From Gloeobacterales cyanobacterium (lineage in GTDB: Bacteria; Cyanobacteriota; Cyanobacteriia; Gloeobacterales; PMM-0068): a stretch of 49,797 bases of DNA. Position 1 is the first letter of the stretch. Each line of letters opens with the position of its first letter. The notes under the pieces are model-generated. The model did no database searches. It was not told the origin of the DNA and saw nothing but the letters and a program-made list of their open reading frames with translations. Location of the stretch: NCBI GenBank assembly GCA_038245785.1, contig JBBRSB010000035.1, positions 1 through 49,797 on the forward strand. The letters run 5' to 3'. Positions 37,552 to 49,597 of this stretch are shown here, in pieces. Both the position numbers and the translations under genes were made by a program.

Positions 37552-39171
37552 ATGCCTTACAGTTCCTTTGACACCCTTTCCCTGGGGTCTTTCTTGGAAG
37601 CTCTCCCCCTGTACAACTTCAGTTTTACAGGTAAGCCATCCTTTGAAGATATAGCTGCCTATTTTCGGAAATGTCCGAGGACTCCTGGAATTTTAGTTTT
37701 TGAAAAAAACAGTGCTGATGAAGCTCTGGTCGCGAACGCAGCTCCAATCGCGCTAGTTTCCCGCCGTCGTTTTCTAGAGTGGCTCTCCTATTGCGAACGG
37801 CACCCCGTTCCGCTCTTCAAGATGCTCACCGAGGTTCCAGATTTTTGGGAAGCCTGCCAGCACTTTTTGCAGCTTGAAGGTCATGCGTGTATCGGAGACG
37901 GTCTAGTCTATGCGCTCCAACGCCCAGACCGGGAAGCCTATGAACCGATTGTTTTACATACGGACCAAGGAACGCGCCTTCTAGATATGGATGATTTGTT
38001 AATTGCCCATGCCCGAGTGAGCTTCAGACAACCAGACCGGAAAGAAACAGGGCCGCTGCAATATGCGGAGGAGCGAGGCCAGTTCTTATTTGCTAAATGT
38101 CCTTCTCCTGCTTGGGTCCACGATATTACAACCCTAAAGTTCTTGGCTGTCAATGAAAGTATGGTCACCCACTATGGCCATACCGAAGAAGAATTTTTCA
38201 ATATGACCCTACGGGATATTCGTCCCTTGGAAAGTTTTCCCAGTTTGCTTCAAGAAAATCCACAAAATACAGAGCAGTATCAGCATTGCAAAAAAGACGG
38301 AACCTTACTCTATGTGAGGACTACGTCCATGGCATTTCTCTTTGAAGGGAAACCTGCCAGTTTGGTCGTTGTTCAGGAAATGACCACCGGAGAAAAGATT
38401 TCTCAGCCAGAAGAACAGCATCCTGCGCTAGAGCGGGCGAAGCAATTAGAAACCCAAATGGAGGAATTGCGTAAGCTCCATCAGGTTAAAGATGACTTTT
38501 TGAGCACGGTGGCCCATGAATTGCGGACTCCTCTAAACAACATAAATTTAGCGATTACGATGCTGAAAACGGCTACGTCTGAGAAGAGTCGCGAACGCTA
38601 CATGCGCATTTTGCAGGAAGAATGCGCGCACGAGACTACTTTGATCAATGACCTCTTAGATCTTCAGCGGTTGGAAGCAGGAGCAAAGAGGCTGGTGCCA
38701 GAGTTGATTCCTCTTCATGATTGGTTGCCTTGTACCATAGAGCCTTTTTATGGTCGGGTACAGCAAGAACAACAGCAGTTGGCCTTGGATATTCAAACGA
38801 AACAGCCGCTGATGGCCGACCGGAGTGGTTTAGAGCGGATCATCGTAGAGCTGGTCAATAATGCCTGCAAATATACGCCTGCCGATGGCTTGATTATGGT
38901 CTCGGCCAAGGCGGTTGAGCATGGTGATGCTCCCTGGCCTGTAGTAGAGATAAGTGTGCAAAACTCTGGTCCCGGAATCGCCCCTGAGGACTTAGAACGT
39001 ATCTTTGAGCGGTTTTACCGAGGAGCCAATAGCGAATCCTCCGGGCAGGTCGGCACCGGTCTAGGACTTTCTCTGGTCCAAAGATTGGTAGAACAAATGG
39101 GTGGCAAAATCCGGGTTCAAAGCGAAGAGGGACAGACGATTTTTACGGTGACCTTGCCGCTGACGACCTGA
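37552..39171 (+). CDS. PAS-domain sensor histidine kinase
   Basis: PAS (FLAVNE..YG..EEF..MTLRDIRP), AHELRTPL, NNACKYT, NSGPGI, GTGLGL; RBS AGGAG before ATG 37552. Confidence 0.9.
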   Translation: MPYSSFDTLSLGSFLEALPLYNFSFTGKPSFEDIAAYFRKCPRTPGILVFEKNSADEALVANAAPIALVSRRRFLEWLSYCERHPVPLFKMLTEVPDFWEACQHFLQLEGHACIGDGLVYALQRPDREAYEPIVLHTDQGTRLLDMDDLLIAHARVSFRQPDRKETGPLQYAEERGQFLFAKCPSPAWVHDITTLKFLAVNESMVTHYGHTEEEFFNMTLRDIRPLESFPSLLQENPQNTEQYQHCKKDGTLLYVRTTSMAFLFEGKPASLVVVQEMTTGEKISQPEEQHPALERAKQLETQMEELRKLHQVKDDFLSTVAHELRTPLNNINLAITMLKTATSEKSRERYMRILQEECAHETTLINDLLDLQRLEAGAKRLVPELIPLHDWLPCTIEPFYGRVQQEQQQLALDIQTKQPLMADRSGLERIIVELVNNACKYTPADGLIMVSAKAVEHGDAPWPVVEISVQNSGPGIAPEDLERIFERFYRGANSESSGQVGTGLGLSLVQRLVEQMGGKIRVQSEEGQTIFTVTLPLTT

Positions 39172-39220
39172 TATCCATTTTGAATTGCTCGGTCCCATCG
39201 TTGCATTTATTTATTGGTTT

Positions 39221-39250
39221 CGTAGGGGCGCAATGCATTGCGCCCCTACG
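39221..39250. repeat. GTAG-type REP, perfect 30-bp palindrome between convergent genes
   Basis: CGTAGGGGCGCAATG|CATTGCGCCCCTACG. Confidence 0.9.
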
Positions 39251-39316
39251 GGAATGGTGGTTGTACCGAAAAATCAATGGGTTGGACGATTCAAATTCTC
39301 CAGATTCCAAATATCG

Positions 39317-40015
39317 TCAGACGCTGCCATACACAGGAATCACGGCCCCTCGGATATCTTGGGCTGCTTCTGATGCCAAAAAACAGATCACTTGGGCTAG
39401 GGATTCTGGCTTTACCCATTTGGCTGCATTTTCGGCTCCCATCGCTGCTCGATTGCTGGGGGTATCGATGACGCTGGGGAGAACGACGTTAGCGGTGATA
39501 TTGGTTCCTTTGGTTTCATCGGCAATCGCCCTGGTGAGGGCAACTACGCCTGCTTTGGAAGCGGAGTAGGCAGCTAGTTGTGCACCAGGCTCTACTGCCC
39601 CTCTAGAGCCGATGGTGACAATGCGGCCATAGCCTTGCGCTAGCATCCGGCCAAGACTATGTTTACAGGCCAGGAACGTGGTGTTCAGGTTCAGGTCTAG
39701 GTCTTTTTTCCATTGCTCTAGAGGATATTCGTGGGTTTTGCCCATCGTAAAACCACCGACCAGATGAATGAGAATATCCACTCGTTCCATGGAATTCACC
39801 AGACTTTGGACGCTTTGTTCATCACTAAGGTCAGCCTCTACAAACTGTATCCGGCTGAGATCGCTAGGCTGAAGGATACTTTTGAGGCGGTCTACTCCTT
39901 TGGCATGGGTATAGGGAATTGTGACCTGCACTCCCTCTTGGGCTAAAACGGTGGGAGTGACGCCTAGACCTAATCCTCCGGCTCCTCCGGTCAGCAATAC
40001 GTGTTTATTTTTCAT
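39317..40015 (-). CDS. Short-chain dehydrogenase/reductase (FabG-like)
   Basis: TGGAGGLG, YSASK, NVVLPSVIDT. Confidence 0.9.
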   Translation of the reverse strand: MKNKHVLLTGGAGGLGLGVTPTVLAQEGVQVTIPYTHAKGVDRLKSILQPSDLSRIQFVEADLSDEQSVQSLVNSMERVDILIHLVGGFTMGKTHEYPLEQWKKDLDLNLNTTFLACKHSLGRMLAQGYGRIVTIGSRGAVEPGAQLAAYSASKAGVVALTRAIADETKGTNITANVVLPSVIDTPSNRAAMGAENAAKWVKPESLAQVICFLASEAAQDIRGAVIPVYGSV

Positions 40016-40111
40016 GATTAGTTTTAGATTTCTCCCTAAACATATCTGAACGAAATACCTGAGACGAAATGAGGCGTACTATTATGGGCCTGCATCTAAC
40101 TTCGGCATCCT

Positions 40112-42064
40112 ATGGTTATTGAATCTGTTGCAGACGAAGGACGTACTTTTGAGCCCCATGCTGCATTTGTTCAAAAGGCCCGTATTAGCTCCCAAGAAGA
40201 ATATAACGCCCTTTATAAGCGCTCCATGGATGATCCCGAAGGATTTTGGGGAGAACTCGCCGCCCAAGAACTTCATTGGTTTAAGCCCTGGGACAAGGTC
40301 TTGCAGTGGGAAGAGCCTACCGCCCAGTGGTTTGTCGGAGGTCAACTCAATATTTCCTACAACTGTCTAGACCGACATTTGACAGGACCTCGTCGCCATA
40401 AAGCGGCCTTGATTTGGGAAGGAGAGCCTGGGGATTCGGTGACCCTCACCTATGCCCAACTGCATCATCAGGTGTGCCTCTTTGCCAACACCTTGAAAAA
40501 ACTAGGGGTAGAGAAAGGGGACCGCGTCGCCATTTACCTGCCCCTGATTCCAGAAGCAGCGGTGGCGATGTTGGCCTGCGCCCGCATTGGGGCAGTGCAT
40601 TCGGTCGTATTTGGGGGCTTTAGCGCCGAATCGCTCAAGGGCAGGCTCCTTGATGCTGGAGTCAAGGTGGTAATTACTGCTGATGGAGGATGGCGTAAGG
40701 GCAATATCGTTCCGCTCAAGGCCAATGTAGACCAAGCGATCCAGGGTACGGCGGTGGAATCGGTTCTGGTGGTTCGCCGTACCGCCCAAAAAATTGACTG
40801 GCAGGAAGATAGAGATTATTGGTGGCATGAACTGCAAAAAACGGTTTCTGCTGTCTGCCCCGCTGAACCGATGGACAGCGAGGATATGCTTTTTATCCTC
40901 TACACCTCAGGGACGACCGGGAAGCCGAAAGGGGTTGTGCACAGCACAGGGGGGTATAACCTCTATACCCATCTAACGAGCCAGTGGCTTTTTGACCTCA
41001 AGGATACCGACCTCTACTGGTGTACGGCGGATGTGGGCTGGATTACAGGCCATAGCTATACTGTGTACGGGCCGCTGTCCAATGGAGCAACTACGTTTAT
41101 GTATGAGGGAGCGCCCAATTCGCCTGATAATGGTCGCTTTTGGCAGCTAATTGAAAAATACGGCATCAATATCCTCTATACGGCACCGACAGCAATTCGG
41201 GCCTTTATGAAATGGGGAGAGGAGTGGCCTGACCGCTATGACCTTTCTTCTCTCAGACTTTTGGGCACCGTGGGCGAACCGATTAACCCGGAAGCCTGGA
41301 TGTGGTACTCCGAGGTAATTGGCGGCGGCCGGGGACCAACGCCTGCGCCGATTGTCGATACGTGGTGGATGACGGAAACGGGTGGCCATATGCTAGCCAC
41401 GTTCCCTGGTGCGCATACGATGCGTCCAGGCTATGCCGGTTTACCCTTCCCTGGTGTGGAAGCGGATGTAATGGACCGAGAAGGCAATTCAGTGCCCGTG
41501 GGAGAAGGGGGCTATTTGGTGATTAAACGTCCCTGGCCTTCAATGATCCGTACGGTCTATGGTGATCCAGAGCGCTATCGTCAGAACTATTGGGGGCAAA
41601 TCCCTGGTGTATTCTTCAGCGGCGATGGAGCCGTAAAAGGCGAAAACGGATATTTCAAAGTGTTGGGCCGGGTCGATGATGTGCTCAATGTCTCCGGCCA
41701 CCGCTTAGGCACGATGGAAATCGAATCGGCACTGGTCTCTCATCCGATGGTGGCGGAAGCGGCAGTCGTCGGTAAACCGGATGAAATCAAAGGAGAGTCC
41801 ATTTGTGCCTACGTCACCCTAAATGAGGCGGATCAAAATCAACCTAAAGAGGCACTGATACAGATACTCAAGAAGCATGTAGCCGCTCAAATTGGAGCGA
41901 TTGCTCGCCCTGATGAAATTCGCTTTACAGAACAGCTACCAAAAACCCGTTCTGGCAAAATCATGCGTCGACTGCTGCGCTCGATTGCTTCGGGAGAAGA
42001 AATTGCTGGCGATATGTCTACGTTGGAAGACCGTTCGGTGCTGGATAAATTGAGGGGAAGTTAG
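40112..42064 (+). CDS. acs: Acetyl-CoA synthetase
   Basis: [45 protein letters not shown]. Confidence 0.96.
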   Translation: MVIESVADEGRTFEPHAAFVQKARISSQEEYNALYKRSMDDPEGFWGELAAQELHWFKPWDKVLQWEEPTAQWFVGGQLNISYNCLDRHLTGPRRHKAALIWEGEPGDSVTLTYAQLHHQVCLFANTLKKLGVEKGDRVAIYLPLIPEAAVAMLACARIGAVHSVVFGGFSAESLKGRLLDAGVKVVITADGGWRKGNIVPLKANVDQAIQGTAVESVLVVRRTAQKIDWQEDRDYWWHELQKTVSAVCPAEPMDSEDMLFILYTSGTTGKPKGVVHSTGGYNLYTHLTSQWLFDLKDTDLYWCTADVGWITGHSYTVYGPLSNGATTFMYEGAPNSPDNGRFWQLIEKYGINILYTAPTAIRAFMKWGEEWPDRYDLSSLRLLGTVGEPINPEAWMWYSEVIGGGRGPTPAPIVDTWWMTETGGHMLATFPGAHTMRPGYAGLPFPGVEADVMDREGNSVPVGEGGYLVIKRPWPSMIRTVYGDPERYRQNYWGQIPGVFFSGDGAVKGENGYFKVLGRVDDVLNVSGHRLGTMEIESALVSHPMVAEAAVVGKPDEIKGESICAYVTLNEADQNQPKEALIQILKKHVAAQIGAIARPDEIRFTEQLPKTRSGKIMRRLLRSIASGEEIAGDMSTLEDRSVLDKLRGS

Positions 42065-42197
42065 CTCCTCTGTGACTTTTATAGCTACTTCCTTATTTCT
42101 CTGGATAGAGGTGACTCTTTAGAAAGCTCTTTAAGGTAAACCCAGAGGGGCAAATTTAGAGCGCCTTATTAAGTCACTACGTAGGAGCTATGAAACA

Positions 42198-42551
42198 ATG
42201 ACCATGACTCAATCCCATGAATCTTTATTGGAAATCTGCATCCAAAACTGTATGGATTGCCTTCGCGAATGTGAAAACTGTACCACGGCCTGTCTAAGCG
42301 GCGAAATGGTAGAGATGATGACGCAATGCATCAAGCTATGCCGCGATTGTGCCGATACGTGCGATTTATGCGTTCGTTTCATGGCACGGAATTCCGACCT
42401 GCATGGGCGGATGTGTGAGCTCTGTGCAGAGGCTTGCGAACGCTGTGCCACTGAGTGCGAAAAGCACGACCATGAACACTGCAAACGCTGCGCTCAAGCG
42501 TGCCGTCGCTGTGCTGAGTCTTGCCGCCAAATGGCGATGGCAATGGCATAA
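42198..42551 (+). CDS. Cys-rich four-helix-bundle copper storage protein (DUF326/Csp3-like)
   Basis: Repeated CxxxCxxC; HDHEHCKRCAQACRRCAESC; no signal peptide. Confidence 0.88.
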   Translation: MTMTQSHESLLEICIQNCMDCLRECENCTTACLSGEMVEMMTQCIKLCRDCADTCDLCVRFMARNSDLHGRMCELCAEACERCATECEKHDHEHCKRCAQACRRCAESCRQMAMAMA

Positions 42552-42656
42552 ATCATTGAAAGGTTACTCAAGGTTTGTACTGTCCTGTTTTCCTTTTTAC
42601 CCAAAGGCTAAGCAGGGCAGAAGTTCGTTGCGTAAATTGACTTTCGCCTCCTGCCC

Positions 42657-42838
42657 AACTCCTCAGTCCCTGCGGGACAACTCCCTTCGACTCCGCACGT
42701 GAGCTTCGCTTACAGGGAGCAATAAGCTTGTTCGTATAGTGTTCTCGCCTCCCCACAGTTCTAACCCTACATCCACAGCTTTCTCTGCCCAGAAAAGGCT
42801 CCCCTCAAGGGGAGCTGTCCCGTAGGGACTGAGGGGTT
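42657..42838. repeat. Two inverted copies of the double-hairpin dispersed repeat
   Basis: 42657-42720 (+, with a loop insert) and about 42770-42838 (-) match the core AACCCCTCAG.CCCTACGGG.CAGCTCCCC..GGGGAGC at 3649 and 49670. Confidence 0.82.
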
Positions 42839-42890
42839 GGAGTGTCCGCATTGATACTAGACTCAGTTCTGGTTCTAAAGCTCTACTCCA

Positions 42891-43682
42891 ATGACCGTTT
42901 CTCTTGACAACCTGATGTATACCGATGAAAGTGCTCATCCCCAATTCCATTGGCCTGAGGCCGTTTCACAGGCTCGACGTATTCTGCTGAAGCCCAATGC
43001 AGGCTATCCACTAGGACATCCTGTGACGACTCGGGTGACCTTGCTCGCACAGGTGATTGAATCTTTGCGGTCTGTAAATCCCGCCGCAGAAATTCTCGTG
43101 CTCGAAGGTTCTACCAGTCAGGGTGAGCAAGCCAGCAATTTCCAGGCTTTAGGCTATGAGGCTTTGGGTGTGAAGCTCTTAGATGCTGAACTACAAGAGC
43201 TTCACGCCTATCCGGTCCAGTCTTTTGGACGAACCCCCAATTTCTCAGAGATTTGGGCCCCTAAGCTGCTCAAAGAAGTGGATTTTGCCGTCAGCATCAG
43301 TGCCTACAAGCTTTTTCCCAACAATTCCGGTGCTGGGCTGTGGAATGCAAGCCTGACCGTAAAAAACTTTTTTGGGCTTTTACCTCGCGACCGCTATACC
43401 TCCGGCAATCCCAAATCCAGAGGACAACTGCATAAACGGGGCTTGCAGCAATCGATCATCGATGTCTACGCAGCCCTTGGCAGCTATTTTCACTACGGCA
43501 TTGTGGATGCAGAACAGGGATTTAGCAGTACGGGCAATAGCCCCACCAAAGGAACTTCAGGCTATCTGGGCAAGGTTTTCTCCGGCTCCAACCTGGTGGC
43601 CTTGGATCGGGCGGCGCTCCAATTTTTTGGTCATGGTCAGCCTGAGTATTTAAACTATCTAGACCTTTCCGGCAGGACATAG
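42891..43682 (+). CDS. DUF362 domain protein
   Basis: ILLKPN, PVTT, VLEGS, SLTVKNFFGLLP, RGQLH, NLVALD. Confidence 0.75.
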   Translation: MTVSLDNLMYTDESAHPQFHWPEAVSQARRILLKPNAGYPLGHPVTTRVTLLAQVIESLRSVNPAAEILVLEGSTSQGEQASNFQALGYEALGVKLLDAELQELHAYPVQSFGRTPNFSEIWAPKLLKEVDFAVSISAYKLFPNNSGAGLWNASLTVKNFFGLLPRDRYTSGNPKSRGQLHKRGLQQSIIDVYAALGSYFHYGIVDAEQGFSSTGNSPTKGTSGYLGKVFSGSNLVALDRAALQFFGHGQPEYLNYLDLSGRT

Positions 43683-43749
43683 AAGTTAGGCGACCAGTCT
43701 AGGGTACAAAGCTAACGGTAAGATCTAAAAGCAGCATCTTGGAATCTTT

Positions 43750-44817
43750 GTGGCTCGCAGTACTTCTACCAAACGTTATGTCTTCCCCTTCACGGCCATT
43801 GTCGGGCAGGATGAAATGAAACTTTCCCTTATGCTCAATGTCATTGACCCCAAAATTGGTGGGGTGATGATTATGGGAGACCGGGGAACGGGTAAAACGA
43901 CTACGATCCGGGCTTTGACCGACCTCCTCCCTGAAATCGAAATAGTCACCGATTGTCCTTTTAGCTCTCATCCCACGGATAGAGACCTGATGAGTGATGG
44001 GGTGCGGGAACGTAAAGAGAAAGGTGAAACACTGCCCATAGGCCGTCGTCAAGTACTGATGGTAGACCTCCCTCTAGGCGCGACAGAAGACCGGGTATGC
44101 GGCACGATTGATATTGAAAAAGCCCTCTCTGAAGGGGTAAAAGCTTTTGAACCAGGACTTCTTGCCAAGGCCAACCGAGGCATCCTCTACGTGGATGAGG
44201 TCAACCTGCTCGATGACCACTTGGTGGATGTCCTTTTAGACTCCGCCGCTTCTGGCTGGAATACCGTAGAACGGGAAGGCATCTCCATCCGCCATCCCGC
44301 CCGTTTTGTCTTAGTCGGTTCCGGCAACCCAGAAGAAGGCGAACTCCGTCCCCAACTGCTCGACCGTTTTGGGATGCACGCTGAAATCCGGACAGTGAAA
44401 GACCCAAAAATGCGGGTCCAGATTGTTCGTCAGCGCACAGAGTTTGACCAAGACCCTGCTCAATTTATGAAAGCGCATACCAAAGAACAAAAAGAACTGC
44501 AGAAGCGTTTGGTAGAAGCCCAGAAGAATTTGAATCTGGTCTATATCGCTCCAGAGTTGGAAGTGAAGATTTCTCAAGTCTGTTCTGAGCTAGATGTTGA
44601 TGGTCTGAGAGGCGATATCGTCACCAATCGGGCTGCCAAAGCTTTAGCCAGTTTAGAAGGCCGCAAAGAAGTCACCGTGAACGATATTGGGCGCGTGATT
44701 GTCCTTTGTTTGCGTCACCGTTTGCGTAAAGACCCCTTGGAAACGATTGACACTGGCTACAAAGTCGAACGGGTCTTCCGTCGTGTCTTTGACGTTGCCG
44801 ATGAAGATGCGGCCTAA
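43750..44817 (+). CDS. chlI: Magnesium chelatase ATPase subunit I
   Basis: [60 protein letters not shown]. Confidence 0.97.
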   Translation: MARSTSTKRYVFPFTAIVGQDEMKLSLMLNVIDPKIGGVMIMGDRGTGKTTTIRALTDLLPEIEIVTDCPFSSHPTDRDLMSDGVRERKEKGETLPIGRRQVLMVDLPLGATEDRVCGTIDIEKALSEGVKAFEPGLLAKANRGILYVDEVNLLDDHLVDVLLDSAASGWNTVEREGISIRHPARFVLVGSGNPEEGELRPQLLDRFGMHAEIRTVKDPKMRVQIVRQRTEFDQDPAQFMKAHTKEQKELQKRLVEAQKNLNLVYIAPELEVKISQVCSELDVDGLRGDIVTNRAAKALASLEGRKEVTVNDIGRVIVLCLRHRLRKDPLETIDTGYKVERVFRRVFDVADEDAA

Positions 44818-46385
44818 AAACCTAAAGAAGTACCCAAGGCTCGACTACGGGCGTACCCTAAAGCAAACGTTGGCACCACAACGACTAGGGAAATTCCTGT
44901 CAGCCAGCCATGGTTGCTCCCAAGACTAAAGGCTAAAGCAGCCCAGGCAAAGACAGAGATAGCTTCAAGCACGCTCAGGAATACATCCGCCGACTGACTG
45001 GTTTTTCTTTGTCTCCCAAACAGGTCTGCCATCGGAATCGGACGCGCATTCCAGAGGCGCAGCATCGCAGAACAGGTGGTGGCACTTAAGAAGATAACGA
45101 GCGGAATCAGCCAAGGTGCTCCTTGAACGATCAGGACCAGGAAGAGCGGAGAGAGCAGGACCCACGGAGGAATTAAGGCGGCCAGCAACTTGAGGCGACG
45201 GATATTTTTGCCCGGCACCGGAGAGGACTTCAGCAGGTCAGAGGCTTCTTCTCCAGCAGCACAAATCCCTGTAAGCGTCATCGTCAACTGACTTCCCACC
45301 AACACCGAGACCAACGGCAAAACGGTGGTGAGGCCAGCAATTCCACTCCCTCCACTATCTCTTGCGACGACGAACAAGAGCGGTATGAAAAACAGGAGTT
45401 GTAAAAAGGTTTGCGAGAGGAGGTAGGGATTGCGGCCAATGATGCGCCATTCTTTGAAGAGCAGGATGCGGGTGAAACCTTGCCTAAAGTGAACTGCCTG
45501 CGTGGAGTATGCTGGCGCCCGTTTAGCCGTGACCGACTGCTGCGTACCCTGCACAAAGCTTCGATGCAGGATCTCAATCGTTAACCAGGCCAAAGCGCTG
45601 CTAAAGAGGATGGTCAAGAGGACAGAAAGAGGGTCTAAGAAGATAGTCCGAGCGGGGAACCAAACTAGACTGTCTGGGCCGAGTGGGCCTCCTTCGACGA
45701 ACAGGGGACGCAGCGGTGCAGTCCACGTTCCTATATTTTGGCTGCTCGTTTGGGACAGATTGGTTAGCTGAACGGCGACAAACAGCAGCGTGGACAAGAC
45801 AGCGGTGAGGACCTGCGCAAAAGTACGTGCCCGCCTAGCCCCCAGAAAACGGACAAGCCAGAGCACCAGCAGCATGGCAAGACTCGTGGCCGTCAGGGAT
45901 AAACCGATCAACGCCGGATAGATTCCTAAAAGCTTGGGGATTCCCACAAGCACCACCAGCAGGCTGAAAGGAACCACCAGCAGGCTAAATCCAAGGAAAA
46001 CCTCAATCACCACACTTAGCCAGCGACTGGCAAAGATCACTTTGCTGGAAACAGGAGAGGATACCAATAAATCCAGGTCGCCTCGGTCAAACAGGGCTAC
46101 GAGGCTGCGCTCCATAGCGATATAGAAGGCATAGAGAAAGCTGCCGATCCAGGCAATAACCGCAATCCAGAGTACGCCCACGGGCGGGGTCGTGTTCAGG
46201 AAGACTTCGCGCACCTCACTCAAAGCATCCCAAAGCACACTTAGTACGGCAAGGCCCCCGAGGGCAAGACTTGCCACTCCTAAAAAAATCCACAGGGGCT
46301 GACTAGATCTCCAGCTCTGGCTGAGGTCACGCCACCATAGCCGTAGCTCATGTTGAATCAGCCAGGGGAATGTGCCAACCTTCAT
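44814..46385 (-). CDS. ABC-2 type exporter permease
   Basis: [30 protein letters not shown], many TM segments; coupled to the ATPase gene. Confidence 0.85.
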   Translation of the reverse strand: MKVGTFPWLIQHELRLWWRDLSQSWRSSQPLWIFLGVASLALGGLAVLSVLWDALSEVREVFLNTTPPVGVLWIAVIAWIGSFLYAFYIAMERSLVALFDRGDLDLLVSSPVSSKVIFASRWLSVVIEVFLGFSLLVVPFSLLVVLVGIPKLLGIYPALIGLSLTATSLAMLLVLWLVRFLGARRARTFAQVLTAVLSTLLFVAVQLTNLSQTSSQNIGTWTAPLRPLFVEGGPLGPDSLVWFPARTIFLDPLSVLLTILFSSALAWLTIEILHRSFVQGTQQSVTAKRAPAYSTQAVHFRQGFTRILLFKEWRIIGRNPYLLSQTFLQLLFFIPLLFVVARDSGGSGIAGLTTVLPLVSVLVGSQLTMTLTGICAAGEEASDLLKSSPVPGKNIRRLKLLAALIPPWVLLSPLFLVLIVQGAPWLIPLVIFLSATTCSAMLRLWNARPIPMADLFGRQRKTSQSADVFLSVLEAISVFAWAALAFSLGSNHGWLTGISLVVVVPTFALGYARSRALGTSLGF

Positions 46386-47149
46386 ACTTGCTGCTCGACC
46401 TCTTGCGCCCCCAGGTCCTGCTTCTCGGTCAATTCCAGAAAAACAGTTTCGAGCGTACCGCCCGTTTCTCCACTCCTTGCCCTGAGCTGGTCCAGCGTTC
46501 CCTCTGCAACCAGTTGACCATGATTGATAATGCCAATGCGCTGGGCCATGCGTTCGGCAATTTCCATGATGTGGGTGGTCAGAATAATCGTGTTGCCTTG
46601 CCGGGTATAGTCTGACAGCATATCTTTGACCAGTCTTGCGGCGGAGGCATCCAGTCCCGTCAGGGGCTCGTCCAAGATAATCATTTTCGGTTGATGAATA
46701 AAAGCCCCGGCCAGCGCCAGTTTTTGTTTCATGCCCCTAGAATAAGTCTCGATGAAATCCCCGCGCACCTGCCAGAGGTCCAGCTTTTTGAGGAGGTCTT
46801 GGGCATAGCGTTCGGCCTGAGCGGCAGGAGTACTCCATAGACCAGCGACAAATTCTAAATATTCCAAAGGGCGCAGTTTGCTGTAGAGCATCGGTTCATC
46901 CGGCAAGTAGGCCAAAGACTGTTTAGCGAGCTGTGGCGTTTTGGTAACACTGTGCCCAAAGACCAAAGCATCTCCACCATCAGCTTGTGCTAGCCCAGCG
47001 ACTATCCGTAGCGTGGTCGTTTTGCCTGCCCCATTGGGACCGAGCAGAGCATAGAACTCACCTTGCTCAATCTGCAAACTCAGATGGTTTACCGCTATAT
47101 GGTCGCCATAGCGTTTGCAAAGAGAAATCAGTTCCAACGCTGGCTCCAT
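46382..47149 (-). CDS. ABC transporter ATP-binding protein
   Basis: GPNGAGKTT, YSRGMKQK, ILDEP, TTH. Confidence 0.94.
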   Translation of the reverse strand: MEPALELISLCKRYGDHIAVNHLSLQIEQGEFYALLGPNGAGKTTTLRIVAGLAQADGGDALVFGHSVTKTPQLAKQSLAYLPDEPMLYSKLRPLEYLEFVAGLWSTPAAQAERYAQDLLKKLDLWQVRGDFIETYSRGMKQKLALAGAFIHQPKMIILDEPLTGLDASAARLVKDMLSDYTRQGNTIILTTHIMEIAERMAQRIGIINHGQLVAEGTLDQLRARSGETGGTLETVFLELTEKQDLGAQEVEQQV

Positions 47150-47282
47150 AACTTCTACTCGCCTTTTATCATGGTCTTCATCCTAGCAAGCGTATTTTCT
47201 TAGAGCGGAGCTGCAGAACTTTAGTATGAACATCTACAGGAAATCGGGTAGAAAGGGATCCTAACCGTTACACTGGCGCTCC

Positions 47283-48731
47283 ATGTCAAGTTCAACCAAC
47301 GTAGAAGGATTCGAGACTCCAAGCAGGCCAGCGGCGCTCCCTCGCATTACGCTGCTGACAATGTTCCGTTTGGGCCTATTTCAGATGGGCTTGGGAACGA
47401 TGTCCATCTTGACGTTGGGCGTACTGAACCGGATCTTGATTGACCAGAATCTCTTGGCTATTCCCGCCACCATTGCTGGGGGCGCTCTGGCCATGTACCA
47501 ACTGATTGCCCCTGTCCGAGTTTGGTTTGGCCAAATGTCTGATTCCAAGACGATCTTTGGCTATCACCGCACAGGCTATGTCTGGATTGGCTCAGCCTTC
47601 TTTGCTGTCTGCTCATTTTCAGCCGTGCAGGTAATCTGGCAGCTAGCCAATCATTTGGGCTTGATGGAACCCTCTCGTGGAGCCTGGGTTTGGACTACAG
47701 AATCTATCGGTTGGGTGGGACTAATGGCGCTTATGTTCGCCCTCTATGGCCTTGGTATCAGCTGCAGCTCCACCCCCTTTGCAGCACTTCTCGTCGACAT
47801 TTCCGATGAAGATGACCGCCCGAAATTGGTCGGGATCGTCTGGTCGATGCTGATGGTCGGCATTGTATTGGGAGCTGTAGTCAGTGGCCGTCTCTTGAAT
47901 GGGGTCACCTTAGAGACCCTTCAAGCTTCTATTAATCGCCTCTTTATCATCGTTCCAGGGACAGTCTTTTTGCTGGGGATAATTGCTACTTTTGGGGTGG
48001 AGAAAAAGTATTCACGCTATACGACGCGCTCTGTTCTGGTAGACCGAGAAGACAAAATCACCCTCGGCACGGCTCTAAGCGTGCTGACCGCTAGCCGCCA
48101 AACAGGCATCTTTTTCAGCTTTTTGATGTTGATGACCCTGAGCCTATTCATGCAGCAACCGATTCTGGAACCCTATGCCGGAGAAGTTTTTGGAATGACC
48201 GTTTCTCAGAGCACGCAGCTAAATGCCTTTTGGGGAACGGGGACGCTGATTGGCATGGCGGCCACTGGATTTTTGATTGTGCCTCGCTTAGGTAAACAAA
48301 AAACCGCTGCCCTCGGCTGTCTTTTGGTCGCTTTTTGCTTTGGTTTGGTGCTGTTGGCAGGATTTAGCAAAGCCCCAGCGCTACTTCAGACGGCCATGGT
48401 CCTCCTAGGACTTGGTTTTGGCGTAACGACTAACGCTGCGGTGAGCTTAATGCTAGACCTCACCGCTCCAGAAACAGCAGGGACCTTCATTGGAGCTTGG
48501 GGATTGGCCCAGGCTATGGCTCAGGCTCTAGCGACTATTGCTGGAGGCGCTCTGCTGGATCTAGGCCGCAAACTGTTTACCGAGCCTGTTCTCGCCTATG
48601 GTCTAGTCTTTACTCTGGAAGCCGTGGGACTCATTCTCGCCATCTTTATCCTGCGCCAAGTCAATGTCGCCGAATTCCGCACCAATACGCGTCAGGCGAT
48701 TAATAAGGTTTTTGCCCAGGGACTTGATTAA
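47283..48731 (+). CDS. pucC: BCD-family (PucC-like) MFS transporter
   Basis: RLGLFQ, LGVLNR, FGQMSD, GYHRTGY, LEPYAGEVFGM, GTFIGAWGLAQA. Confidence 0.9.
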   Translation: MSSSTNVEGFETPSRPAALPRITLLTMFRLGLFQMGLGTMSILTLGVLNRILIDQNLLAIPATIAGGALAMYQLIAPVRVWFGQMSDSKTIFGYHRTGYVWIGSAFFAVCSFSAVQVIWQLANHLGLMEPSRGAWVWTTESIGWVGLMALMFALYGLGISCSSTPFAALLVDISDEDDRPKLVGIVWSMLMVGIVLGAVVSGRLLNGVTLETLQASINRLFIIVPGTVFLLGIIATFGVEKKYSRYTTRSVLVDREDKITLGTALSVLTASRQTGIFFSFLMLMTLSLFMQQPILEPYAGEVFGMTVSQSTQLNAFWGTGTLIGMAATGFLIVPRLGKQKTAALGCLLVAFCFGLVLLAGFSKAPALLQTAMVLLGLGFGVTTNAAVSLMLDLTAPETAGTFIGAWGLAQAMAQALATIAGGALLDLGRKLFTEPVLAYGLVFTLEAVGLILAIFILRQVNVAEFRTNTRQAINKVFAQGLD

Positions 48732-48738
48732 CCCCCGC

Positions 48739-48773
48739 GCAAGAGAAAGCATATCGCTCCATAGTCTAGTCCC
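48739..48773 (+). repeat. 35-bp direct repeat, copy 1 (copy 2 at 49598-49632)
   Basis: GCAAGAGAAAGCATATCGCTCCATAGTCTAGTCCC, identical in both copies. Confidence 0.9.
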
Positions 48774-48776
48774 CCC

Positions 48777-48800
48777 ACCCTCCGGGAAGGCTCCGCCTAC
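48777..48800 (+). repeat. 24-nt double mini-hairpin element inserted in a hairpin loop
   Basis: ACCCTCCGGGAAGGCTCCGCCTAC; second copy ACCCTGCGGGAAGGCTTCGCCTAG at 3679-3702. Confidence 0.8.
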
Positions 48801-48986
48801 AAGGGGGGAAGCGAGGGGGGGTCTGTATCGGCAGGGGAAGCGTGGGGGATCTTGCAGCGAATACGGTCTATTATTCTGAAAATCATCTAGTTTTCGATTT
48901 CTATCTTGCGACAGAGAGATAGCGCACTTGGAATAGCTAAGCTGCTTGTAGTCAATCCAAACGCAGAATAGCGTGAGAACAATACT

Positions 48987-49541
48987 ATGGCACAGGAATT
49001 AAGCGGCAAAAAAGTTGCCATTTTAGTAGAAAATGCTTTTGAGCAAGTAGAGATGACTCAGCCTAGACAGGCACTAGAACAGGCTGGCGCTCAGACCCAT
49101 CTAATTTCACCGCAAAAAGACAAAGTACAGGGTTGGAATCATTTTGACAAAGGCGATGAATTCTCTGTTGACCTGCAGCTAGAGAATGCCAACCCCAATG
49201 ACTACGATGCACTTCTGCTTCCAGGCGGAGTAGCCAATCCTGACCAATTGCGCATCAATCCTAAAGCCGTACAGTTCGTTAAATCTTTTTTCGAAGCAGG
49301 TAAACCTGTTGCTGCTATCTGCCATGCGTTGTGGATTTTAGCTGAAGCGGATGTTGTTAAAGGACGCACTATTACGTCTTGGCCTTCACTGAAAACCGAC
49401 TTGAAAAATGCGGGAGCCAACTGGGTCGACCGTGAAGTAGTGGTAGATATGGGTTTAGTTACTAGCCGTAAACCAAGCGATATTCCCGCCTTCAATCGCA
49501 AAATAGTGGAAGAATTTGCCGAAGATCGACACGCACAATAG
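48987..49541 (+). CDS. PfpI/YhbO (DJ-1 family) glutamine amidotransferase-like protein
   Basis: FEQVE, LLPGGVANPD, AAICH, TSRKPSDIPAF. Confidence 0.93.
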   Translation: MAQELSGKKVAILVENAFEQVEMTQPRQALEQAGAQTHLISPQKDKVQGWNHFDKGDEFSVDLQLENANPNDYDALLLPGGVANPDQLRINPKAVQFVKSFFEAGKPVAAICHALWILAEADVVKGRTITSWPSLKTDLKNAGANWVDREVVVDMGLVTSRKPSDIPAFNRKIVEEFAEDRHAQ

Positions 49542-49597
49542 CACCTTTCCCCCTTACACTAAAGTTTCCAATCTTATCCTTGCCATGCAAACCCTAG